From positions 558,001 through 622,000 of the forward strand of contig JABVCE010000020.1 of the NCBI GenBank assembly GCA_014905635.1: 64,000 nt of DNA. Direction: 5' to 3'. Source of the DNA: Scenedesmus sp. PABB004. Taxonomy: Eukaryota. Below the pieces are notes generated by a model. It was not told the DNA's origin and did no database searches. It saw nothing but the letters and a program-made list of their open reading frames with translations. Both the position numbers and the translations under genes were made by a program. Shown here piece by piece: positions 1 to 9,725 of the stretch; positions within the stretch are counted from its first letter, which is position 1; every line of letters begins with the position of its first letter.

Positions 1-82
1 CGCAGGGCGGCGGCGGGTGGCGGCGCCGGGGGGCGGATGGGCGGGCAGCGCGGCGGCGCACCGCTCGACGCGCTGCGCGGCG

Positions 83-1366
83 ATGCAGGCGCTCGCTGCG
101 TACCAGAGGGCCGCCGCCGCGGCCGCGGCGGGCGCGGACGCCGAGTACGCCGCGCGCGTCAAGGCGCTGACAAAGGCGGTCGGCCGGCGCGCCTCGACGG
201 CGGCCAAGGTCGCCAAGTCAAAGGCGCGCGACCGCGCGGCCGCAGGGGGACGCGCGGGCGCTGCGGCGCGGCGCCGCCGCAGCAGCAGCGGCGGCGCGAG
301 CCCCGCCCGCCGCCCGGCCGCGCCGCGCAGGCGCGGCACTCGCCTGCCGAGGCGGCGGCGCTGGAGTGGGCGGAGGCCAAGTGCGCGTACGCGCTCGAGC
401 GCGCGCGCGACGAGGGCACAGGCTTTGCGCCCGAGCTCCACTTCCTGCAAGGTGCGCGCCGGCGCAGGCGCTGGTGCTGGCCGGCGTGCCGCGCCAGCGC
501 CGGCGCGTGCTGCAGCGGCGCGGCCGCCCGAGCCGGCGCCGCGGCGCGCGCCGCCCGCGCAGGCCGCGGCACCAGCGGCGGCGGCGCCGCCGCCGCCAGC
601 GGCGAGGTCGCCGTGCGCGCGGCGCGCGCGTTTGACGCGCCGGAGGTGCTCGCGGAGTTCGTCGGCCAGGTTTGTGCGCCCGGGGGCAGGCTGGCGAGCG
701 CCGGCGAAGCGGGCGCGCCGTGCTGCCGCGCTCCCTTGCCCGACGCACGCGCCGCCGCGCCCGCGCCCGCGCCCGCCCCGCCAGATGCGCAGCAAGGCGG
801 AGGAGCTGGGCGCGCGGGCCGTGCTGCTCATCGCGCCCAAGCAGGCCGTGGCGTTCCCGCAGGCGCGGCTCCGCGCGCCCGCGGCCGGCCGCCTGGCGCA
901 GCTGCTCGCGGCCGGGCGGCGCGCGGGCGCGCCGACCGCGCCGCGCCGCGCCGCCCGCCCGCCGACGCGCGCCCGCTGTGCGTCCGCGTGTGCAGACGTG
1001 GCGCCGCGCCGACTGGCCGTTTGCCGCGCACGACGGCGTGTTTGTGCAGCTGCAGGCGACGGTCGCGGCGGCGCCGGCAGACAGCGCGGGCGGGCGGCCC
1101 GACCAGGCGGCCAAGGGCGCGGGCGAGGGCAGCAGCGTGCTGCGCCGCGTGTGGTTCATTCGCATGCGCGACGGCAAGCCCCCGCTGTGAGCGCCGCCGC
1201 AGCGCTCAGGCCGGGCGCGACTGCCCTGGGCGGCACCGCGCGGCGGCGCGCCGCGCCAGCCGCGCGCCTCACCGCCGCCCGCCGCGGCGCGCCTGCCGCC
1301 GCTGCCCGCAGGGAGGCGCAGGAGGTGGGCCAGGAGTTCGAGCTGCTGCCGCTGGTTCTGAAGTGA
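83..1366 (+). CDS. Spliced hypothetical protein; may begin upstream of the window
   Basis: Protein-like exons in different frames (EWAEAKCAYALERARDEGTGFAPELHFLQ; MRSKAEELGARAVLLIAPKQAVAFPQ; TWRRADWPFAAHDGVFVQLQ; EAQEVGQEFELLPLVLK*) are bounded by GT/GC..AG introns, with TGTAA just downstream of the stop. Family not recognised. Confidence 0.65.
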   Translation: MQALAAYQRAAAAAAAGADAEYAARVKALTKAVGRRASTAAKVAKSKARDRAAAGGRAGAAARRRRSSSGGASPARRPAAPRRRGTRLPRRRRWSGRRPSARTRSSARATRAQALRPSSTSCKVRAGAGAGAGRRAAPAPARAAAARPPEPAPRRAPPAQAAAPAAAAPPPPAARSPCARRARLTRRRCSRSSSARFVRPGAGWRAPAKRARRAAALPCPTHAPPRPRPRPPRQMRSKAEELGARAVLLIAPKQAVAFPQARLRAPAAGRLAQLLAAGRRAGAPTAPRRAARPPTRARCASACADVAPRRLAVCRARRRVCAAAGDGRGGAGRQRGRAARPGGQGRGRGQQRAAPRVVHSHARRQAPAVSAAAALRPGATALGGTARRRAAPAARLTAARRGAPAAAARREAQEVGQEFELLPLVLK

Positions 1367-1387
1367 CGCGGCGGCGGGCGCGTGTGT

Positions 1388-1392
1388 TGTAA
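1388..1392 (+). promoter_or_regulatory. Chlorophyte-type poly(A) signal TGTAA
   Basis: TGTAA lies 22 nt after the stop at 1366. UGUAA is the established Chlamydomonas near-upstream element. Confidence 0.5.
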
Positions 1393-1871
1393 CCGCGGGC
1401 TGCTTCGAGGTGCTTACCGCCGCCAGCAAGCAAGGGAGTGCATGCAGGCCTCAGTCTGCGGTCGCGTCGCAGCGACCGCGGCGCCCCCCCCCCCAGGCGG
1501 CGCCCGCGCCGCCGCGCTGGCGGCGGCGCTGGCGGCACACGAGGGCCGGCCGGGCCCGCGGGCCAAAAATGGATGTGCGCTCGTTGCAGCACAACGGGAC
1601 AAATCACTGCCAAGCCCCTCCTGCTCTAAACCTGCCCACGCGAAGCTCGCCGTCGCGCCGGGGCGGTGGCCCCGGCCGCGCGCAATAGGCACCGCTGCCG
1701 CCGCCCTGCTCTGCCCCCCGCGCGCTCGTGCTGCGGCGCCGTCGCGGCGCGCGCACATTCAAGTGATGCATGGGCGAGTGGCCAGACCCACCCGATGCCC
1801 CGCGGCGGCGCGGGCGCGGCTGCCGCTGCAGCCGCGCGCCGCGCCGCGCCGCGCAGCTGCCGGGCGCCGGC

Positions 1872-3133
1872 TCACGCGGCGCGCCGCCGCGTCGCCTCGC
1901 TCGCGCCGGCGTCGCGCGCGATCGCGCGCGCGATGTGGCGGCCGAGGCTGTCGTAGCCGGTCTCGGTCATGTGCAGGCCGTCGTCGAGCCACTGCCCGCG
2001 CGTGGCGTCGTCCATCGCGTAAAAGTCCATCGGCCCCGCCTGCAGGTCCAGCACCGTGATCGACGGCCCGCCCGGGCGGCGCGCGTTCTGCTCCGCCGCG
2101 ACCGCGGCGATGAGGCCCGCCAGCTTCTTGCGCTCGCTCTCCTTGTAGTCGTCCCTGCGGCGGCGGGGGGGGGGGGGGGGGGGGGCGGCGACGTGAGCGC
2201 GCGCGAGCCGCGGCGGCGAGCCCCGCGGCGCCGCGGCGGCCGGCCGGCTGCCGGGGCCCCGGCGCCCCGGGGCGCAGCGCCCGGCTGGCGCGGCGGCGCG
2301 ACGCGGCGCGCACTTTGAGACGAAGCCGGGCGCGGCGAAGGGCGGGATCGCGAGCACGCGCGCGCCCGAGTCGAGCGCGAGCTCGTAGATCTTCACCAGC
2401 CCGCCCTTGACGTCCTCGGCCGACCGGCCCTGCGGCGCGCGCGGGGCGCGTCAGGCCGCACGCCGCGCCGGCTGCTCGCGCCGCCCGCGCCGGGGGCGCG
2501 GCCGGGCCAGTCGGGGGCGCCTCGCGCCGCCCGCGCCGGCGCCAGACTTTGACTTTGAAGCGAGTCAAATTTGACTCACCTCGCGGAGGAGGTCGTTGAT
2601 GCCGAGCATGACGATGACGTAATCGTACGGCCGGCTGCGCCGCCTGCTCGCCTGGATCGCGCGCTCCGCGACGGGGATGATGGTGGTCGGGTTGTGGAAG
2701 CCCACTGCAAAGATGCCCGCGCCGCCCACGCCTGCGCCGGCGCGGCGGCGGCGCGCGCGCGCGCGGGTCAGCGCGCGGGTCAGCGGCGCGGCCGGCCGTG
2801 ACGGCGTTGCGAGCCGGAGGAGGCGCGGGCGCCGCCGCCGCGGCGCGCCCGGCGGCCTCCATGCTGTGCCCGGCGGGCGGGCGGGCGGCCTCGGGCGGGC
2901 GCGGGCGCACCCTCGTTATCGATGAAGACGCGCGTGCTGGGCAGGCGGCGGCGCAGCTGCTTCTCGAGCTCCAGCGTGTACGGGTGGTTCAGGTTCTTGC
3001 TCGGCACGCTGCCCTCGGTGATGGAGTCGCCCAGGGAGAGGATGCGCAGCTGGTCGCGCTGCATGCGCGCCGCCGAGGCGCACGCCGCGCACGCGGCGAG
3101 CAGCGCGAGCGCGAGGCACGTGGCGCGCGCCAT
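1872..3133 (-). CDS. Secreted SGNH/GDSL hydrolase (paralog 1), about 4 exons
   Basis: Signal peptide MARATCLALALLAACAACASA; block I LGDSIT; block II GVGG; block III MLGINDLL; block V DDGLHMTETGY. The 3' end is uncertain because the stop overlaps a possible GTGAG donor. Confidence 0.9.
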
Positions 3134-3626
3134 CGTGCTGCCTGCGACCGCGGGTAGTTGGCGGTGCGTGGTAGGAGTCGCTGGGAAGCCCTTTCGAGGC
3201 GCGAGGCCGCTGCGCCGAGCGGGGTGCCGGTAGGCGCGCCCGCCACCGGGGCGAACGCTGCTGCGGAGCCTGCTGGGCCTCGCCGGCGTTCCGAGAGCGC
3301 ACCTGCGTGACTGGAGAGCGTCGTGACCGTGCTGCGGGGGCGCGCCGGGGCTGGGTTGCAGACTTGCTCGCTGACTGCTGTCGACGCGGCCGGGTGTGTG
3401 CGGCGTATCGGGGCTGCGTGTGTCGCTGTGTGCGCATTGAGCTGCGTCTGAAAGTAAGGCAGGCGCCGCGCCGGCAGTTGAGTGAGCAGGCCGCGGGGGC
3501 GCGGGGATGGCCGCGGGGCGCGGCCCGCGGCACGGGCCCCTGCCGCAGGAGGCGACCGCACGAGCTGTGAGTCAAGTTCCTTGCACCAACCACGGCCTTC
3601 CGCAGCCGCCCGGTGCCCGCCAGCGC

Positions 3627-4933
3627 TCACACGACCGCCGTCGCCGCCGTGGGCGCGCGGCACACGGGCGGCAGGCGGCCGCGGCTCTTGGCGGCCAGGG
3701 CGGCGCACAGCACCTGCTTGAAGTCGTCGGTCTTGGTGCCGGCGGGGCAGTCTTTCCACTCGCCGCCGTCCCTGCGCGGCGTGTGGCGAGTGCTGTGCGC
3801 CGACGCCGCCGGGCCGCCAGCGCCAGCGCCAGCCAGCCGCGCAGCAGGCGCCTCCCCGCCACAGGCCCAGCCGCGCTGGCGCGCCCCACCTCACGCAGAT
3901 GGTGTTGCCGTCGACCTGGATCGTGCAGCTCGTCCCCACGCCCGCCGCGGCGGTGGCGGCGAGCTCGGCCTGCAGCAGCTCATCGTGGCCGGGGCCGTAC
4001 ATGCAGGCCAACATCTTCGTCGCGGCCGCCAGCGGGATGCCGGCGGCCTGCGGGCGCGGCGCAGGCGCGTGCGGGGCTGGCCCGGTCAGCTCCGGCCGGC
4101 GGCGGCGCGGCGCGGCGCGAGCGCGGCGCGCCGGGCGCGCGCGGGCGGCACCTTCAGGCACGCGGCGACGTTCGCAAACTCGCCCACTGCCTCGACGCCG
4201 TGCCGCGTCGAGCACAGCGCAAACCTGCGGCGACGACGGCGGCGCGCGCTGAGCTCGGCCCCAGGATGCGCGCTGCGCCCGCCCCAGCCCAGCCGAGCTG
4301 CCGCCGCCGCGGCTGCGGCGGCTCGGGCGTGCCGCCGCCCCCGCCGCAGCAGCGCCGCCTCGCCTGAAGGGCCAGTCAACGTAGGCCTTGCTGTGCGCCT
4401 GGACGCACAGCTGCTGCAGGTCGCCGGCGCACTCCGCGGGGCCGTGCTTGCAGGTGTAAGTCCCGTTCTTCTGCGGCCGCGCAGCGGCGCGGTCGGCGCG
4501 ACGCCGGCGGCGCGCGCGCGCGCGCGGGGGCCAGCCCGCCGGGCGGCGAGCTCCAGGGCCAGAGCTGCTCGCGAGCCGCACCTGCTTCTGCCCGATGAAG
4601 TGCAGCGTCACGGTCGTCACCGCCTTGAGCTCGCGCAGCACCGGCGCGAGCGCGTTTTCGCAGAACACGGCGTCGCTGCGGTGCGCCGACGGGCGGCCCG
4701 GGTCGGGTCACGCAGCGGCGCACGCGCCGGCTGAGCGTGGCGCCGGCGGGAGGAGCCCGGGCCACGACGCGGCGGCGCGCGTGCGCCGCCGCAGCGCGCG
4801 GCACTCACGGGCACTTGCTCATCACCCACAGCCCCACGTCGACAGCGATGCGGTTGTCGTGTCCATCACCCGCCGCCGCGCTGATCGACAGCAGGAGCAG
4901 CAGCAGCGCGCTCAGACGAGTGATGGCGGCCAT
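3627..4933 (-). CDS. GILT (gamma-interferon-inducible lysosomal thiol reductase) family protein, 6 exons
   Basis: Signal peptide MAAITRLSALLLLLLSISAAA; spliced VMSKCPDAVFCE; GILT signature CKHGPAECAGDLQQLC; SCTIQVDGNTICVRDGGEWKDCP. Confidence 0.88.
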
Positions 4934-6301
4934 TCTGGTGGCTGCTGGCTCCGGCGCGGTCGAAACCTCACGGCTCTGGTGCGAGTAGCGCGGGGGCGAA
5001 TGTCGGCGGACGCGAGCGCGGGCGGTCGCGGTGAAAATGACCTGCTCGATCCGCGTTCCCTGGGGCAGCGCGCCGTCACCCCTGAACCCGCGCCGCCACC
5101 GTCGCCGCCGCCCGCTTCGTTTCCGTCCCCGCGCGTGCTCACGACCGCCGTCACACCGGCTCAGCGAGGAGCAGTCGTCGCGCGGTCGCCGGCGGGCCGC
5201 GGCGCCGCCCGCGCGCGCGCGCTGGTGACGCCTCTCGACAAAGTACTGTGCACCCGCGTGGGTCCAGGGGATGCAGCTCTCGTTGCCGCCGCCCAGACAC
5301 TAACACACAGAACGTCGTCGCCGCTGCGCGCGGGGCCTCAAAACGCAGGCACGCGCCGCGCGGGCGCTGCCGACCCCGCCGCTCGTCGCCAGCAGGCACG
5401 CCCGCCCGCACAGGCGGCGCGGGGCGCAAGCTGCTCACTTGCAGGCCGGCACGTGGCATGGCCGCGGCTGCAGGCTGAGTTCTCGGGCCACACACGCCGC
5501 GGCGCACGCCGCCGCCGCGCCGCGCCGCGTCCAGCGCGCAGCCGCGGCGCCGCAGTGGCGGCGGCGCCGCAGTCGAGCCGACGCAGCAGCAATGTCCCAC
5601 CAACGCACCAACGCGGTTCTGTGCTGCGGCGGCCCGCGCGCTGCCGCCGGTGCCACGGCGCGCGATCCATCCATCCATCAATCCACGGATAATGCGCTGC
5701 AATGCAGCCAGCCAGCCAGCACCTCGACCCCGACCCTGCGTGGTCGACCCGCGGCGGCGGCGCGGCCCTCCGCCTGCCCGCCCGCCGCGGCCTGCCGCCG
5801 AGGCCCGGCCCGCCCGCGTGCTGGCGTTTGAAGGGACGCCAGCGCAGCGCCAGCGTGCAAGCGAAGTATGGCGATGGGCCAGTGAAAGAAAGTAGAGAGT
5901 ACGAGACATAGTGAGTGTAGAGAAGGCTTGGGTGATCAATTCGTGAATATCGAGCGCAGTCCGGGCGCTCGCTGCCCGTGCGAGCCGCTCCCGCTCCCCG
6001 CCGCCGCTGCTCCCGCGCCGGGCGCGCGCCTGTGCGTTCACGAGCACGCGGCGCGCGCCGCTCCCGCCTGGACTGCCCGGCAGCCGCTGCCAACGTCCCT
6101 ACCCTGCCTGCCGCGCGCGCCGCGCCGCGCACGCCGGGCGGCAGCAGGCGCAGCGGGCCGCGCCCGCCGCCGCCGCGCACGCCAGCGCCGCCGCGCCTGC
6201 CTGCCACCGCTCCTCCTGCCGCTCTCTCCTGCCGCTCTCGTGCTGCCCCTTAGACAAGTTTGCCCTCGCCGCCGCCGCCGCCGCTCCTTCACTTGGGCTT
6301 G

Positions 6302-6302
<1 letters not shown>

Positions 6303-6339
<37 letters not shown>

Positions 6340-6340
6340 G

Positions 6341-6373
<33 letters not shown>
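6303..6373. repeat. (GCT)n/(CAG)n trinucleotide microsatellite, interrupted
   Basis: Direct reading of the sequence. It could encode polyQ or polyA in a possible extra 3' exon of the SGNH paralog 2 gene. Confidence 0.9.
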
Positions 6374-6374
<1 letters not shown>

Positions 6375-6756
6375 TCTTGCGCTGCGCCGCGCCCTTCTGC
6401 TTGGAGCGCCGCATCTGTGCGGCCTCCCGCGCCTTGCCTGCGCGCCAGGGCGGCCAGCCGCGCGCACGGCGAGTCGGGGTCAAGGCGTGGCGACGCCAGG
6501 CGGGGGCTGGCCTGGAGGGTCAAACCAGGAGCGACGTCTGAGGGCCCAGCGGTCGGGCGGCCCGCAGCCACGGGGCTGGGGCGCGCCGCGTCCGGCGGCA
6601 CGTTGGGGTTGTTGGGTGGCCGGTGCCGCGTGGGTTATTGTGGTTGGTCAACGCCAGGTCAGTGGTCAGGTCAGGTGGTCATGTCAGGTGGCGACGCCAG
6701 GGCGGTGACCGGCCAGCAGCGGGGCGCGCCCGCGGTGGGGCGCGCCGGCGGCTGCC

Positions 6757-8914
6757 TCACGGCTTGACGGCGCCCGCGTGCGCGGCCGCCGCGGCGGCGG
6801 CGGCGGCGGCGGCGCCCGCCGCGGCGGCGGCGGCCTCGCGGCGCGCGCGCGCGCGCGGCCCGCCGAGCGTCGCGCCGACGACGTACTGCGCGACGTCGAG
6901 CACCGACGGCGGCGGCAACTCACACAGGTGCTTTGCCAGCTCCTGGTAAACATATGCGCCGAGTGCATCATAGGCAAACTCTGTCATGTGCAGGCCATCG
7001 TCGAGCCAGCGCGCGCGCTCGTCCGGCGACATCGCGTAAAAGTCCATGGGGCCGGCCTGCGGCGCGGCGCGGCGGCGCGCGGTGGGGCGCGGCGGCGGCG
7101 GCGGCGGCGCGAGCGGCGCGCGGGCGGGGGTGCCGGCAGCGCGCGGTGCGCGCCTGCAGGTCCAGCACCCAGATCTGGGGGCCCTGCCCGCTGGTGAGCG
7201 CCGCGCGCGCCGCGGCCGCCGCGTGGAGCAGGCCCGCCAGCTTCCTGCGCTCCGCCTCCTTGGCGTCGCCCCTGCGCCGCGGGGGCGGGCGGGCGGGGGG
7301 CGGGGCGCCGCTCGGCCGCGGGCGCGCGGCCGGCGCTGCCAGCTCTGCGGGCGCTCGCAGCCTGCGCTGCACGTGCGCGACGCCGCCGCGCCGCCGCCCC
7401 GCGTGGGCGCCCGCGCACGCGGCGGCGCGCACTGCGAGACGAAGCCGGGCGCGGCAAAGGGTGGGATGGCAATGACTGGGATGCCTTTCTCAAGCACATC
7501 ATCAAGCAGCGGCTGCAGGCCGGCCATGATGTCTGCCGCAGGGCTGCCGCCGCGCAGGAGGTCGTTGATGCCGATCGACACGACCACCGCGCCCCACGCC
7601 CTGCGCGGCGGCGGCGGCGGCCGCGGCGGCGCGCGCGGCGCGAGCGGGCGCTCGGGCGCGCGCGGACGAGCGGCGTGCCCGGTCCCACGCCGCCCTCAGG
7701 CCAGCCCGCCGCCGGCCCGCCGGCCCGCCGGCCCGCCGCGCCTGCTGGCGAGCTGCTCTTGGAAATAGGGCCCGAAGGTCTTGGGGATGGTGAACCCCGT
7801 CTGGAAGATGCCGCCGCCGCCGAGGCCTGCCGGCGCGGGCGAGCGCGCGGGCGTGGCGCCGCGTCGGCCGCGCCGTCGGCCGCGTCGGCCCTGCGCGCGC
7901 GCCCGCCGCCCTTCGCGCGCGGCGCCCGAGCCGAAAAGGGCGCGTGCGCGCACCCGCGTCGACGACGCTGACGCGGCTCGTCGCGAGGTTGGCCTTGAGC
8001 AGCTCCTCCACCTTCCAGGCGTACGGGTGATTGGTCATCTTGCTCGGCACGCTGCCCTGGGTGATGGAGTCGCCCGCGGCGAGTACATTGAAGGGCCGGC
8101 CGCGGCTGATGGGGATGCAGAAGCCGCCGGCGGCGGCGGCGGAGGACGGCGCCGCCGCGGCGGCGGGGCCCGCCTCGGGCGCCGCGGGCGGCGCCGCGGC
8201 CGGCGCCGGCGCGGGCTCGGCGGCGGGCGCCGCGGCGGCGACCGCGACGGCCGCGCCGTCGGCGCCGCCGCGGGCCGCGCGGCGCGTGGCGCCGCGCCCC
8301 GCGCGGCGCGCCGGCACCGGCGCCGCCGCGGGCGCGGGCGCGAGCGCGGGGCCGCCCCCGGCCGGCGCGGCCGTGCGCTGGCCCGACGCGCGGCCCGCCG
8401 CGGGCTTGGCCTGCGCCGCCTGCGCCGCCGCGAGCGCCGCCGGGTCGAGGGGCGTGTACACGCTGCTGCCGGCGCCGAGCGCCGCGCCGGCGCCGCCCCA
8501 GACGAGCGGCGCGGCGCCGGCGCCGGCGCCGGCGGTGCCGACGCCGGCGGCGGCCGCCGCGACGTACGCGGCGCCCCCCGCGGCGGGGTAGGTGTACGTG
8601 TAGGTGGGGCCGGTGGTGTAGGTGTAGGTGGTCACCCAGGGCAGCTGCGCCAGCCGCCTGCGCGCGACGCCGGCCGGGACCAGCTGGCGCCGGAGGTTCG
8701 CGCTGCCTCCCGCGGCCAGGAGCGGCCCGTCAGCCGATCCGGGCGGGGCGTTCACGCCTCCGGCTCTTCCGGAAGGCTCCGCGCCGTGCGTCGTGGCGCG
8801 GTGCGCGCCCTGCGCGCCGCCAGGGTGCGCTGGCAGCGCGTGGCATGCCGCGCCCGCGCAGGCCAGGGCCAGCACCAGCAGGCCCGCGCCGGCGCTCCAC
8901 GCCCGGCGCGCCAT
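6757..8914 (-). CDS. Secreted SGNH/GDSL hydrolase (paralog 2) with long Ala/Pro-rich N-terminal extension
   Basis: Signal peptide; AAGDSITQGSVPSKMTNHPY; GLGGGGIF; SIGINDLL; IPPFAAPGFVS; WLDDGLHMTEFAY. Clearly paralogous to 1872-3133. The stop at 6757 overlaps GTGAG, so another 3' exon is possible. Confidence 0.9.
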
Positions 8915-9317
8915 GTCAGCGGCCTCACGCCGCCCCGATCAGCCCGCCACGCCGCTGCGGGCGAGCAGGCTCAGCCGGCGCGCTCGATTGCGCCGGCGCG
9001 CGGGCCGCGATCGCGGGCGGTGCCGTTCTCCGAGCTCCCCTGAGACCACCGCGACGCTGCGCCGCGGTCTGCGCACGCGCGGGGCCGACAATTTCTGGCG
9101 CTCGCGCCCTGCGCGGCTGGGTGTGCGGCGGCCTGGTCGCTGCTGCGGCGCGGTTCACGTCGCCCGGCGTGCGGAGCGTCCGTCGGCGCGTCGCGGCGCG
9201 GGCGCGCGGGACCCGGGTTTCGGCGCGGGGGGGACCGCAAGCGGCTGGGGCAACCACCTCGCTGTCGGCGCCCCCTGGACCGACCGCGCTGCCGCGGGGG
9301 CGCTGAGGCTGCGCCAC

Positions 9318-9422
9318 GGCCCCTGTCGCGCCTGTGCCAGCGAGCTGCGCTGGCGCACCGGCCCGCCGCTGCCTGCGACGCGGTGACCCAGCGCAGCTCG
9401 CTGGCGCAGGCGCGACAGGGCC
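9318..9422. repeat. Long inverted repeat/hairpin: 40-bp stem, 20-nt loop
   Basis: 9321-9360 pairs with 9381-9420: 37 Watson-Crick pairs, one G-U on the + strand (9335/9406) and one 2x2 mismatch (9354-9355/9386-9387). Confidence 0.92.
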
Positions 9423-9725
9423 CACCGGCCCCCACCATCGAGGCCGGTGGCCGTCGTCGTGCACCGCCAAAACTCCAGCCCCGGCAGCCAGCCAGGGCGC
9501 CGGGCGCTCGCCCACGCGCACGAGCGCGGCGGCGTGCACGCAGTGTGTCAGCGATCAAACAAGAGTACACGCGGGTCCCTTGCTGGGCGAAGGGCCCGCC
9601 GCAGAGCGCAGCGCAAGAAGCGACAGTCAACTCGCTGGCAAGCTGCGAGGCGCCAAAAACACTGTTGGTACAGGCGTGCGCGGTGCCGCGCACGCGGCGG
9701 GGGCGCGGAGCGGGCGCGCCCCGCC

